DNA of 64,000 bases from Amphiscolops sp. MND2022. Lineage: Eukaryota. Position numbers and translations under genes: made by a program. Positions 1-13,559 of this stretch are shown here, one piece after another. Numbering within the stretch: the stretch's first letter is position 1; each line of letters starts with the position of its first letter. The stretch is taken from NCBI GenBank assembly GCA_964187785.1, contig OZ076409.1:94490001-94554000 (forward strand), given 5' to 3'. Under the pieces are notes generated by a model that was not told the DNA's origin, did not search any database, and worked only from the letters and a program-made list of their open reading frames with translations.

Positions 1-1242
1 CTGTTCTCGATCCCGATCCGCAAACCAGACACAAAATCAGTAGTCAATGCATTGTTGCAAATCTTTACCCGTCACGCCTACGTACCTAAGACCATCATCA
101 CTGACAAAGGCACGGCGTTCACATCCAGCATCATGACTGAACTAATGAAAACTGCCGGAATTCAAATCGAACACGCAACTGTAAAACATGCACAGACCAT
201 AGGAATGGTTGAACGTTCCCACCAAAAGCTAAAACAGATATTGAAAATCAATGTTGCAGCTGACTCTCCGCAATGGGACAAGTACGTTAACTTAGCAGTT
301 ATGGCTCATAACACGACCTACCACCAATCACTTAAGTGTACTCCGAGCGAAGTGTTTCATGGTAGAGTCCCGTTCAACGCATTAGACCTTAAATTCAGCA
401 ACCCCCTGCAAAGCCGCACACAAGACACTGATTTGACGAAATTGGTCGACCAGGTGAACGAAAAGTACAAACAAGTAAACGACAACATACTCCAGGCTTA
501 CCACAAGTACAAAAGGTACTACGACCGTAAAGCCCAGGCATCACCTTTAAAGGTTAATGACTTTGTGTTCCTTCTCAACCCGAAAATCACTGACCAGTCC
601 GACAAAATTGCATTCAACCATTTTAAATGGGAAGGCCCTTTCAAAGTAGTAAAAGTCTTAACTAACTTCAACTACATAGTGAGAAAAATCGGCACTTCCC
701 GTACACAGTGCGTTCATAGGATGCGCTTACGACCTTTCATCCCGAACGCACCCATACACGACATCGAAGAAGATCCAAATCTCTTCTATGCCGACCCAGA
801 AGCGTTCGACGACCAGGATCTATTTAACGACCATGTACCTCAGACGATCTATTTTGAGCGAACGCCCGCACTGCCGCCTCCTGAAGAACTCGACACTGAA
901 CATGGTATCATATACTACGACCAAGCTCAAAGGTCACCGGACCGACAAATGGCACAACCTATACCCGAAAACTCTCCTCAAACATTTGTGCCACCGACTG
1001 ACGACCCTGTTGTCAGTACTCACCTAGACGACGAAAATCGGATCGAACCCGATCATCCTGCAACCCACCAGAACGAGCTGCCACACAACAACGATGAAGC
1101 ACCGGTAACGTCACGCAATAACACTACCCGTTACAACCTACGTGCGCAACCTACACCGAAGACTTATCGAGACTTCCTCGTTCACGAACTCCAAGCAAAA
1201 CCTGTATTACGAAAATTGGTGCAAAACAACCACTCTAACTGA
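1..1242 (+). CDS. pol: Pol C-terminus (integrase core and GPF module), 5'-partial
   Basis: Open from base 1; TDKG (second catalytic D), MVERSH (catalytic E), WEGPFKV GPY/F motif; C-terminal RYNLR motif shared with pol of element B. Confidence 0.93.
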   Translation: MFSIPIRKPDTKSVVNALLQIFTRHAYVPKTIITDKGTAFTSSIMTELMKTAGIQIEHATVKHAQTIGMVERSHQKLKQILKINVAADSPQWDKYVNLAVMAHNTTYHQSLKCTPSEVFHGRVPFNALDLKFSNPLQSRTQDTDLTKLVDQVNEKYKQVNDNILQAYHKYKRYYDRKAQASPLKVNDFVFLLNPKITDQSDKIAFNHFKWEGPFKVVKVLTNFNYIVRKIGTSRTQCVHRMRLRPFIPNAPIHDIEEDPNLFYADPEAFDDQDLFNDHVPQTIYFERTPALPPPEELDTEHGIIYYDQAQRSPDRQMAQPIPENSPQTFVPPTDDPVVSTHLDDENRIEPDHPATHQNELPHNNDEAPVTSRNNTTRYNLRAQPTPKTYRDFLVHELQAKPVLRKLVQNNHSN

Positions 1243-2732
1243 AAGTCATAAAAACACTTCACGCAAACGTGCTACACAACACAACAAACTATAGTTTTCT
1301 TTAGCACACCAAACCTGAAATTCCATTACTTTCGTTAGCTTAATCAAAATAGAAGAAATCACTAACGACTGCTAATAGCAGTCATGGCAGTCATGAGCCT
1401 AGATCGTGCAGGCAATTGTTTTACAATTGCGACACGCAAGAACACTAGCAACCCAACAGCAATTAAAACGATCATTCATTTCAGGCTACACTACTTGAAC
1501 AGCGCAAACGCTGAGCACTAACTGCCAATAATAATGAACGGACGGAAACGCAACGACCACAGACACCAGTCGTCACGAAAAATGCGATGCGAAAATACAT
1601 GTACCATGTAAATTAACGCGAGATAATTTATTCAATTCATGCCAAAATCGCTATAGCCACAGTCGGAGTAAAATACTCCAAATACGAGACGATCCCAGCG
1701 AAATTAACGAAACGTGAACGCAAATACCGTTCCCAAAACGATCAACGAACTAACAGGACCGATCTGCTGCCTCGCTAACGTTAGGACTACGCAATGAAGC
1801 CCCACACAATTACCCTTGAAATCATAGTGCTGGCTGTGTGGGTGCGTCGTTAAAAAACGTGCTTGTGTGGTTGGTCGTCACCATACAGATGAAGGTTGCT
1901 CTTTAGCAACTGGATTCAGTTTTAGTTTTGAATGGGTGGTTGCGACGGCAATTCACCTTACAATAAACCGAACAATAAACTGAGAAAAAAAATATGACCA
2001 TGAAGGTGAACATACGTATTCACCAAAACGACGAAAATGAACGCCCGACCCCTTAAATTAGACCAACAATGCGTACGCATCGACTCGCCACAGTAAAAGA
2101 TTTAAGGAGTTCGTGGTCCTACTTACAAACTAGCTGCCCAATACCAACACGCCTTAAGACCTTAGTCCACCTTCCGTTCAACATAGCTATTACCATACGG
2201 TAACAAGTCAAAAGCTCAACAAAAATAACGACACACATCAACGATGATGACGTCGACTTAGAAAAATAACCTCATACAATACACATGAAACAACATCCTA
2301 CATGCAAACCTCTAAGCTGCGACAAAAGAAAAATCGAAGTCAAAATTGTATTTTTTTTCTAGACACACTTAAATGCTACGGTGTCAACGAGATAAACAAG
2401 AGAGACACATGCAAGATGTATCAAGCCATGTAACTAAAATCTATAAAACAACTGTCACAAATCAAGAGTAATAACGACAATACATGCAAGCCAGTAAAAT
2501 GCAAAATCAAATGTACCTGTTCCGGGACTAACAATGACAGCCAAATCAGCAATCAACATGAAAAAATTACAAATCAGCAGCGAAAGAAGAACAATGATAC
2601 AGCGCTCAAGACAAAATCAAAAAGCCATGTAATACAATATGAAATCACTACAAACACAAAAATAAGTACTAAAAAGAAGTTCAAAAATGTAGTCTCAGCG
2701 AGTTTGCTCAACAAATAATCTTCTCAAACGCA

Positions 2733-5700
2733 CTAGTACTCCTCCGAGGACTCACTCATCAGGACTCTTGACAAGTTCCGCTTTACAACTTTCTTAGACG
2801 CCTTGGTAGACTTAGACTTGGCACGCGCTGTTGCTTTTTTGCCTTTACTGCCACGTGAGGTAGAAGGCAAACCGACATCTTTTTGTGATTTTGGAGCTTT
2901 ACCCCGGACGACATGTCGACTCAACGGCTCACCATTGTCGACGGAAAACGGAACAACAGAACCACGAGACGTAAGTTTCCGGGAACGGCTTTTCAACTGT
3001 ACCTTAGCACCGTCGGCACCGCTCTTTAACTGTGCACACACTGCAGACCGGTAGTCGTCCACGGAGATCCCTGCTGACTCTACAGTTCCCTCATTGAATA
3101 CTTGATAGCACCGGGACAACACGTCTTCGACTCCAACTTTCAGCAGCTGATCCCAGGGTCTTCCTCTTTCTGGGTCTGTTAATCGCGAAACCTGCATGTC
3201 CGTTGTCTCACAGTGACGAAGGAACCCGGCCATCAATTTTCTCGCGCCGCCGATCACCCCAGCACTCGTCCAGCTTCGCACCAAGTTCATACTGGACAGC
3301 AACTGTCCTTGGGAGAGAGCAGTGACCCCGACATCTAAGAAATCAGCAACATACTGGCTGCGTGCGGAACAGCAGACGACAATTTTAAACACAGACAGCA
3401 AATCAGAACAGCGCGACCAGAAAAGGTACGAGCACCACAAGTTTATCACATCATCCACAACAGGTCCGGAAGACGACTGACAGCGCCAGCGATGCATGAA
3501 ATAGTTGTACACATCATCGTACTGCTGAACGACCTTTGCACCTTGGGCGTCAGTAGGGAAACCCAGACGGGTCAACAGCAAGCAACAATCCATCAGCGAA
3601 TCCACGACACGATCCTTAGAACGTCGAAACATGGCCTCAGGGGCAAAAGCAGACAGATTCAGCCTCCCTGCGTTGTCTGTCTGATAATCGGCTACAAGGT
3701 CCTCACAAAGCTTAGCTAGAAACAACTGAAGCTCGCGATAGAACACACGCTGCTGGTCGAGAACGTCAAAACGGAAGTACTGAACGAACAAAGCCTTGTA
3801 ACGCTCCTGTGAAACGGTCCCAAGATCGACAGGCCTTGTACTCAGAAGGCGCTCGTGGTCAAAGGCAGCAGGCACCTTGTCAGCATCCTGGACCATGCAC
3901 CTCACGCGTCGTAAGAAAGAAACAAACTCTACTTCAAAGCACAGGTCACGGTCCCGACTATAAGTACACCCTCGAGGGAAGGACGCCACTACTAAAACAA
4001 ACAAACCGAACCGACATCAGTGAGGATTCACCCAATATAGACCCCCACCCGTAACGAAAAAACCTACACAAAAAAAATGAAAATGATGATGAAAGAACCA
4101 AATTGCTTCACAGTCTTTCCGTTTGACAAAAACAAAAAAAAGAGCATCAACCTACTGAATTATACTCACCTTCATCTAGCAACCATCTCAACATGGCCAT
4201 CTGCGGTCGAGCCAAACGGTCATTGAAGATGACGACACTCAAACTAGGGATCGATCTCAGCTCCACCATGGAACCACTGCATTCATTGCCGAAGTAAACA
4301 GCCAGATCGTCCCATCGTTCGACAAGTTCCCCACACACAGCAGCCAATTGCGGTAGAGTCAAGTCGTCACTGCGCACGTACTGCAAACAGAATAGTGACA
4401 TTTGCACCTCGACCCATGAGACAAAAAGCAGAAAACGACCGAACACCCTAGTCCTACTGCCACAATCATAGGTTTAGTTTATACACACGCTAAACAAAGT
4501 TAACACACCTTAGATATTACACATCTACAACACTTATACCAAAAGAAAGTACCTGACGTAACAAAGGCATTCTGTCGAAGGCCGATCCATTGACTACGCT
4601 CAACAGACGATATTTTAGGAACTCTAAAACATTGTAGGGATCGAGACCTCCAATTCGTTGCCGAAACTGCTGCCGGATGCTACGCTGCAACCACTGCACG
4701 TCGTAAAATCGCATCACAACAGAATTGCCAGTAGGTCCAAAATGAGCCAAAGACCGACCGACAGCGACGTGGGTGTCCACTACCACACTACAAATGTTAG
4801 GCAACGGATCCAGACAAGACAATACAGTCACAGTTAGCCGAATCAGATCTTCTTTCCAGCGATCGCAAACAGGCCAGGTCACAAGGGTCACCGTCCGCAA
4901 GTCCACGTCGTCAACAAAATGACAGTCGACACGCCAGAAATTCCCGTCGAAATAAACACGTAGCCCCACTTGATTGCCTGCTTGCACGAGGCTGCCCAGT
5001 TTCTCCATGATGTACGGGTATACCCCGTACAACAACAAGCTCTAAACAACACGAAACGACATAGACCATCCATCAACCAAACACACATCACACCATGTAA
5101 CATACAAGTCCTAGCACTTGTAACATATACGTAAAACTAGAAAAATACCCCCCAGAAAAACATTAGCATATGTAGTACATGCACAAAAGGCTATGGTACC
5201 TGACATTTCGTAACGATAAGGCTTCGGGCTACAAATTTCATTTCGCCTAGCAAACTACCAGTCCACCCATCCATGAGTCGCATCAGAGACTGAAATCCAG
5301 TGACTGCCCCAAAACAGTTCAAAAAGAAACACAACCACAGATAAGCAGCACTTCCATCGGGCAAGACCGGACGAGAACCCTCCTCTTCCACTTCACGTTC
5401 AAGAGCCACGCGCTCCTCTAGGGACAAACTGATTGGCGACTCTAATTAGACTGGAGGCTCCACCATCCGATCAATTCGTATCCGCGTGTCCTCCTCGGCA
5501 GAAACGGGCCGACACGATTTGTCCAACAGCGGACGTTGCGTCATGATGCGGAACTTTTGCTCTAATCAGGTGTGTTCCGCAGCCTTCCAGTGCCCCCCAC
5601 AGATTCTGGAGGCCACGACCCGCGATACTTAGGTCCACACGACACATGAGGCAACGTGCAAACCCGTCAATACCACGTTTGTGTCGCGGAAAGCCAACAA

Positions 5701-7100
5701 ACAGCCCAACCACGTTCGACACGAAATAGGATGGCTTCAGCGTGTTCAGCCTCTTCTTCCTCACTAAAAACACACACCAAAAAATCACACCCAAAGAGTG
5801 TATAAGAAATGTCTGACCGGTCTCTCCCAATCACTACCTTTGCTTACCATAGAAAAACGCGAAAAACCACACTAGTACGTACACTACATTCCAAAACGAT
5901 AAGAGATTAGATAGTCTTAACACTTAAGCTTAAACCCCCAAGTTAGTACAGTATTGCATGTGATCTTGAGAATAGTTACCAGGTCTTGGAGCTGCGGACG
6001 TCCCGACAACAGGATCCTCAACTGCAGCAACTGAACCAGGCCCACCGAACACAGTTGGCACGTGAGAGCTGGTCCCGGAGACACTGCGCACAGGAACGGT
6101 ACCGTGGCTGGTCAAGTCCAGAGAAGACAACTCAACGGAAGGACTCACGAGACGTCCCATCCACACGCTGTTTCCCGATGACCTCTTGCAGCGCAGTCTT
6201 GAAAGTGTGCCAGAACTCATCAACACGAAGAGCCCCAACAGTCCCGAGTTCCCCCAAAGAAGATTCCAGAATAGCTTTGGTCAACTCCCGAACGCTGTTT
6301 TCCATTCGGGCCTCTACACGACTCAGAAGATCGTCCAAGGACAAGACAGCACAGTCCTCGACACCTAAAACCATCCTGACATTCTAGATTATCGCAAATT
6401 GATTAATTCCCTAACCAAATGAAGTGACTTCTACGGCGACACACAACACACCAAGGTCGTACATGCTACGCGAACCTACCGGAGTGTTAAACCAGAAGAA
6501 CTAACGTGCTACTAACCTAATTGAGATTCCATCATCTGATGCACTTGCTCGCCCAAGACAGCTGGAGGAGCCTCACTTGCTTGACCACCCCTCTGCGGGA
6601 AAGCACGGATGTACTCCAACAAAGTCGACACATCTACGTCGCCTACGACCCAAGCAAAAAACAATGAAATAACCATCTCACCACGATACCCCCCCAGAAT
6701 ACACTAGCGTCCAAAAGAATTACAAATGACTGGACCACTACGATGCAACGCCCATACTCCCAATGTACAGATCCGGGAAAAATGGAAGAAAAAGACTCGA
6801 GCAAAAGAAAGTAGTCACCGACAAGTGACGACGCGAATGATACAAAAAAGAGTACTCACGGAAGTCTTCAGATAAAGCAAGTTCTAGCAACTCGCTCATA
6901 CCCCCTAGGGATGACGAAGTCACACGCCCAGCGAACAGACAGCAAGGCGGGTTTAAATTCGCAGCTTCTGCGGCCAACGCTTCTTCAGACGATGATCCGA
7001 TACTCGAAGCCATTCCTTCAATATCCTGATAGCTTCGTTCGGCTAGGGATACCAACGACCACAAATCAGGATCAAAGGAGGAACCGCCCAGATCGGACAT
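2733..7100 (-). pseudogene. Antisense accessory gene of element A: BED-like zinc finger plus degenerate hAT-transposase-like protein, multi-exon, with frameshifts and stops
   Basis: GT-AG introns at 5764-5979, 5042-5199, 4381-4552 and 3992-4169 join the ORFs in frame; CLMC...(H)W...H finger; homology to genes in B and C; frameshift in the G run near 5593-5598 and a nearby in-frame stop. Confidence 0.8.
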
Positions 7101-10100
7101 GCGACGATAAGGAATAAACTACGTAAGGGGACGAATGACGACTCAACAATTCAGTGCTGGTGAAATCGAATATGTGGCCTGATCAACTACATTTTCTTGT
7201 ATTACTAGCCTTACTTAGTAGTCAAAAGTTACCACGATGGATGGTTCTGAATGCAAAAATTAATCCACGAAAATATCAACAGAGAAGAATTACCTCTGAC
7301 CACAGCAGTCGTTTTTTCTACCCTACTTATCGAACAAAACTTAGCTGACCAGAACATATTCGATCCCAACCTCGAAGACACGCAGTGGTGAGAAGGGGCG
7401 ACAAGGAAAAAATAATGGGAACAATCAACAATCAATAAACGAAAATCAAAGAATTAACGGATATTAACAGCAATGAACAGCAACAAAAGTTTAAACAGCA
7501 ATGATGCTAACGACAATTGAACACGAAACTACCAACTGCTGCAGCTATGATTTGTTTACACAAGCACGAGTAGCGGAAACGGAAAACGAAAGGCACGACT
7601 CTCTGCATCAAACGTGTTTACTCTTCCGAGAATGAGCCGACTGCCGCGGCCATCGCTCCTTTACTATTTACTTAACACGATACTTTCTCTGATCATGCGC
7701 ACGACCGGATGACGTGGCATACTGAATTCAACTCAGCACTACCTACTTCCACCTTCTAAAAAGAAACACAACCACAGATAAGCAGCACTTCCATCGGGCA
7801 AGACCGGACGAGAACCCTCCTCTTCCACTTCACGTTCAAGAGCCACGCGCTCCTCTAGGGACAAACTGATTGGCGACTCTAATTAGACTGGAGGCTCCAC
7901 CATCCGATCAATTCGTATCCGCGTGTCCTCCTCGGCAGAAACGGGCCGACACGATTTGTCCAACAGCGGACGTTGCGTCATGATGCGGAACTTTTGCTCT
8001 AATCAGGTGTGTTCCGCAGCCTTCCAGTGCCCCCCACAGATTCTGGAGGCCACGACCCGCGATACTTAGGTCCACACGACACATGAGGCAACGTGCAAAC
8101 CCGTCAATACCACGTTTGTGTCGCGGAAAGCCAACAAACAGCCCAACCACGTTCGACACGAAATAGGATGGCTTCAGCGTGTTCAGCCTCTTCTTCCTCA
8201 CTAAAAACACACACCAAAAAATCACACCCAAAGAGTGTATAAGAAATGTCTGACCGGTCTCTCCCAATCACTACCTTTGCTTACCATAGAAAAACGCGAA
8301 AAACCACACTAGTACGTACACTACATTCCAAAACGATAAGAGATTAGATAGTCTTAACACTTAAGCTTAAACCCCCAAGTTAGTACAGTATTGCATGTGA
8401 TCTTGAGAATAGTTACCAGGTCTTGGAGCTGCGGACGTCCCGACAACAGGATCCTCAACTGCAGCAACTGAACCAGGCCCACCGAACACAGTTGGCACGT
8501 GAGAGCTGGTCCCGGAGACACTGCGCACAGGAACGGTACCGTGGCTGGTCAAGTCCAGAGAAGACAACTCAACGGAAGGACTCACGAGACGTCCCATCCA
8601 CACGCTGTTTCCCGATGACCTCTTGCAGCGCAGTCTTGAAAGTGTGCCAGAACTCATCAACACGAAGAGCCCCAACAGTCCCGAGTTCCCCCAAAGAAGA
8701 TTCCAGAATAGCTTTGGTCAACTCCCGAACGCTGTTTTCCATTCGGGCCTCTACACGACTCAGAAGATCGTCCAAGGACAAGACAGCACAGTCCTCGACA
8801 CCTAAAACCATCCTGACATTCTAGATTATCGCAAATTGATTAATTCCCTAACCAAATGAAGTGACTTCTACGGCGACACACAACACACCAAGGTCGTACA
8901 TGCTACGCGAACCTACCGGAGTGTTAAACCAGAAGAACTAACGTGCTACTAACCTAATTGAGATTCCATCATCTGATGCACTTGCTCGCCCAAGACAGCT
9001 GGAGGAGCCTCACTTGCTTGACCACCCCTCTGCGGGAAAGCACGGATGTACTCCAACAAAGTCGACACATCTACGTCGCCTACGACCCAAGCAAAAAACA
9101 ATGAAATAACCATCTCACCACGATACCCCCCCAGAATACACTAGCGTCCAAAAGAATTACAAATGACTGGACCACTACGATGCAACGCCCATACTCCCAA
9201 TGTACAGATCCGGGAAAAATGGAAGAAAAAGACTCGAGCAAAAGAAAGTAGTCACCGACAAGTGACGACGCGAATGATACAAAAAAGAGTACTCACGGAA
9301 GTCTTCAGATAAAGCAAGTTCTAGCAACTCGCTCATACCCCCTAGGGATGACGAAGTCACACGCCCAGCGAACAGACAGCAAGGCGGGTTTAAATTCGCA
9401 GCTTCTGCGGCCAACGCTTCTTCAGACGATGATCCGATACTCGAAGCCATTCCTTCAATATCCTGATAGCTTCGTTCGGCTAGGGATACCAACGACCACA
9501 AATCAGGATCAAAGGAGGAACCGCCCAGATCGGACATGCGACGATAAGGAATAAACTACGTAAGGGGACGAATGACGACTCAACAATTCAGTGCTGGTGA
9601 AATCGAATATGTGGCCTGATCAACTACATTTTCTTGTATTACTAGCCTTACTTAGTAGTCAAAAGTTACCACGATGGATGGTTCTGAATGCAAAAATTAA
9701 TCCACGAAAATATCAACAGAGAAGAATTACCTCTGACCACAGCAGTCGTTTTTTCTACCCTACTTATCGAACAAAACTTAGCTGACCAGAACATATTCGA
9801 TCCCAACCTCGAAGACACGCAGTGGTGAGAAGGGGCGACAAGGAAAAAATAATGGGAACAATCAACAATCAATAAACGAAAATCAAAGAATTAACGGATA
9901 TTAACAGCAATGAACAGCAACAAAAGTTTAAACAGCAATGATGCTAACGACAATTGAACACGAAACTACCAACTGCTGCAGCTATGATTTGTTTACACAA
10001 GCACGAGTAGCGGAAACGGAAAACGAAAGGCACGACTCTCTGCATCAAACGTGTTTACTCTTCCGAGAATGAGCCGACTGCCGCGGCCATCGCTCCTTTA

Positions 10101-10190
10101 CTATTTACTTAACACGATACTTTCTCTGATCATGCGCACGACCGGATGACGTGGCATACTGAATTCAACTCAGCACTACCTACTTCCACC
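5321..10190. repeat. Direct tandem duplication with a 2437-bp period (5321-7753 and 7758-10190, TTCT at the junction)
   Basis: Identical ORF sets offset by 2437; boundaries read directly from the sequence. Confidence 0.97.
7758..9537 (-). pseudogene. Duplicated 5' half of the element A antisense gene (through most of the zinc-finger exon)
   Basis: Second unit of the tandem duplication. Confidence 0.75.
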
Positions 10191-10430
10191 AAGATGCACA
10201 TGACGTCACAGCCCGATGCTACTTCCGATTACTCGATGGTAAACCACTAACTGCTTCCATTCAACGACGACTACCGACCGCAGTCGTTACATGACGAAAT
10301 GTTTCATCCAATACACACGACAGCTATCTGCCCCCCTGCTTTCCAAACCTTCCAGCCAACGAGCTAATCAACCATCCTAAATGGCGATTAACAATCAGCC
10401 TTAGTTCAGAGCCCCCGCCAACTTTCTTTC

Positions 10431-10442
10431 AAAGAGGCGGAG
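10431..10442 (+). other. Polypurine tract of element A
   Basis: AAAGAGGCGGAG directly before the TGTCAT LTR start. Confidence 0.8.
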
Positions 10443-11652
10443 TGTCATACCGGTTGGTATGAACTATAACGACCAAAGAATGAAGTCGCAGCCAACCGAC
10501 TGAAATATTTAAAACACAAACAGTTTAAACATATGTAGATGCATACAATGGACGACTGTACTATGTAGTCGTCAACCCAATTTCACCAATGTCACAAATT
10601 ACCAGTGTGCTTCGACACTTTTTACATGAACGTATTTTCCTTTCACCTGTTTAGCAATAACGACTAAAATAGATAGTCGGATTCAGCAACCTTTATGTGC
10701 AATATATGAAACCTTTACACAAACGACTGGCATATCCGGTTGTACCATTACTTAAACATACATGCAGTTTTTTATATTTAAATCATCAATAGTCCAATTA
10801 CTAGAGCATCGTTTAGTTCACCAATAGTCATTTTGCATCGCTCAATTCATAAATACTCAATCAGTCAAAACTTTGCGAAATTACCAGCAACGACTTCGAT
10901 CAATAGTCGTCCATTTGTATTCAGTGCTAATTAGAGCAATATTACCGACGATCAAATGCAGTAATTATATTCAGCACTTCAATCATTAGTACGCGCTGTG
11001 AAGTTACAAGGTATATGATGCATACTGGTGTGATAATAGAGTGAAAGTACCGAAGTGGTAATTAACAACGACTGAAGTGACCAGTCGTACGAAATGTACC
11101 ATGAGGTGCTAACAGCAGGTTAACCAAATGACCAGTTGAGAAGAGACTCAAATAATCAAGTGCGATTAACGAGTAATTACGAGTTTGAATGTGCTACTAT
11201 AATTTAAAAATCCAGTAATTAGAACTTTACCACGGTAGAATCCAGTCGTTACCTTAACAAGCACTTTACAATATTCTGATTCTTAAACTTACATTTCATA
11301 ATTCAAACTGCTTAAAACTATAACTTTTCAATCATGGTAAATACTCGATCGAGATTTAACAGAGAAAGTAGAATCGAGCAATCTGGAACTAGTAGTTATT
11401 CCGATAACGAAGACAACATGAGTGTTGCTGACCATTTCGGTGAAAATGTCTTGGAAAATGAGTTCGAAAATGACATGAGAGAGATAGAGAGGGACCACGA
11501 AAATCATAGATTTGAACAACGTTTCTTGGAAATGAATCGCCAAATTGGAGAACTTACTAGTATTGTGAAAGCCCTTACTGACAGATTATCGAATAGTAGG
11601 GAAGAGAACAATCGTGACGTGCCTAACCCAGAGACGTCCGCCCGTTCTGACA
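10443..11652 (+). repeat. 3' LTR of element A (1210 bp)
   Basis: TGTCA...TGACA inverted termini, preceded by a PPT; embedded gag-like ORF reaches the CA end at an Asp codon as in B and C; partner LTR is outside the window. Confidence 0.85.
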
Positions 11653-11696
11653 ACAAGTATGATACAAGAAATGATTGTTTGACTCATTTGAAATAA
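11334..11696 (+). CDS. LTR-encoded Gag N-terminal fragment (about 106 codons) running out into flanking DNA
   Basis: Basic start, acidic stretch and predicted coiled coil; same position in the LTR as the gag starts of B and C. Confidence 0.6.
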   Translation: MVNTRSRFNRESRIEQSGTSSYSDNEDNMSVADHFGENVLENEFENDMREIERDHENHRFEQRFLEMNRQIGELTSIVKALTDRLSNSREENNRDVPNPETSARSDNKYDTRNDCLTHLK

Positions 11697-11929
11697 AGAA
11701 AAAATTTGAATTTTTCAAGACTTTAAGTGATGAATACGTGTTGGAAAATATCGAACCGAAATAAAATCATCAGTACTTATCAGACTTAGACTGTTCAACA
11801 AGAGGTGCGATCCCCCCTTATATGTGGGCGGAAAACAAAAACTGAATTCTGAAAAGTTATATCCTTGTGTAGGAAATCATGGTTTGGAGCACCAATCAAA
11901 GTTAAGAACAAAAGAAATCTTTTTCTAAA

Positions 11930-13080
11930 TATAAAAGTGGATGTGTTTTCATTGAACAATAAATTTGCTGTCGATGAACGTTTTTTCAAAATTGAATTCT
12001 TTAAACACTCTCCATGTAGTCTAGCTACAGTTAATAAAAACAATACAAATGGTTTCATTATGCTCCCAAGAGAAGATGGTGATCTTTCTTTACAAACATC
12101 TTACATCTCACCCAAATTTGGAAATGATAACACAAGACATGCAGAGAATGCTCAGACAAGTATAGTCAACTTGGGATCTGTTGCTTCATTTAGTGAAGCT
12201 AAGCTAACAACATGTGCGGGGAAACGCGTGGAATTTACACGTCATAGGTATAATGCGTAAAGTTTTACCTACTAACCAACAAACAAGTGAGTTTTTGAGG
12301 GATTTGAAGAAACAGAAAACACAAGAAAAATAGAACGAACAAGCAATGAAACAAAAAAAGGAACATTTTCTGTGAGAATTAAATTGAGTGATCTGATTGG
12401 TTCTGGTGATCAAGAAAAAATTACTTTTGGATTGGGTTACACCCTATCTTTTAACGTAAAATCACCTTAAAACGTAACAACAACAGCGATGACATCATTC
12501 GTGGCAGTGGGGTAGATGTTGCGAAAATGGTTAGAAGGGGTTTTCGTTTGTACATTCTACCTTACAACCCTTCCATGGAAAACCAGTGAATTGCGACGAA
12601 AAGATTATTGAATATAGATCCAACGGAGTGTATTATGCAGAACGAAAAGTTTTCAGAAAAGCATATTAATAATTGGACAATTCAAATAGGAAATAGTGGG
12701 GAGTCAACATCAAAGTTTGTAATGTTTGGATTGCAAGGTAGAAATAAAAACTGATTCACAAACACATAATAATGCAACAATTGATAGACTTCCTCTTTCT
12801 AATACGGTTTGTAAAAAGGGATCAAAAAGACCCTATTGATGAAACAGAGAATGTAATAGGGAACGTAACTATGACAGAGAAAACGATCAAGCATTTTATG
12901 CAATAGAAAACTACAATGTTTCTAAAATTGATTTGGTGCAAAAAGAAAATCTTTCATCTCAACCTATTCGCTTAGAGTGTAATCTTGATGCTGCTTTTGG
13001 TGTAGCAGATTATGCAGTTATGCCCTCGTTCTAACTCCAAAATTATTCAGTAGTGTTGGCCAAAGACATTTTGATCTTTT
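11930..13080 (+). pseudogene. Degenerate ORF resembling a Polinton/Maverick-like double jelly-roll major capsid protein
   Basis: Fragments such as FKHSPCSLATVNKNN...LPREDG...LQTSY and VNLGSVASFSEAKLTT...GK recall this family from memory; many frameshifts; not verified by search. Confidence 0.45.
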
Positions 13081-13559
13081 AAATGTTTTGTTTGATTTTC
13101 TGGAAAACTTATCTTTGAAAATAAAAAAGTCATTTTCAAAAAACTAATGAATTAAAAACTATTAAAAAAACAAAAGTGATATGATGCTTGCTTTATGTGG
13201 TATGAAAAAGCAAAAAGTACCGAAAATATACCAAAAATACCAAAAAAGAGAATAAGACATTAGGACGAATAAGATGTACCAAAGAAATGGATGGGTGAAA
13301 AAGGTTATATACGAACGTGTATAATGACTTAGGTATGAAAGGAACTATAAATCGATCAATGAAAAAACCAAGGGCTACAAATCCGAAGAAAAGCCAAACG
13401 AATATACTAAAGCGGAGAAGATCGCCGGTGGAAGATATTGAAACGTTCTAAGTTAGTTTTATGGGAAAGGTATATCAGGTCGAGAAACCGACGAGTACGG
13501 CAGAACGGTAGTTGTAGGAACGGAGAAAGCGAGAAGAGTCTTTTCATGGTCCTGCCAAT

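Larger units (their letters stand above)
1..11652 (+). mobile_element. Ty3/Gypsy LTR retrotransposon 'A', 3' portion (integrase, antisense accessory gene, PPT, 3' LTR); 5' part lies outside the window
   Basis: Integrase ORF at the window start, purine tract AAAGAGGCGGAG then TGTCA...TGACA-bounded segment that contains a gag N-terminal ORF, as in elements B and C. Confidence 0.9.
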
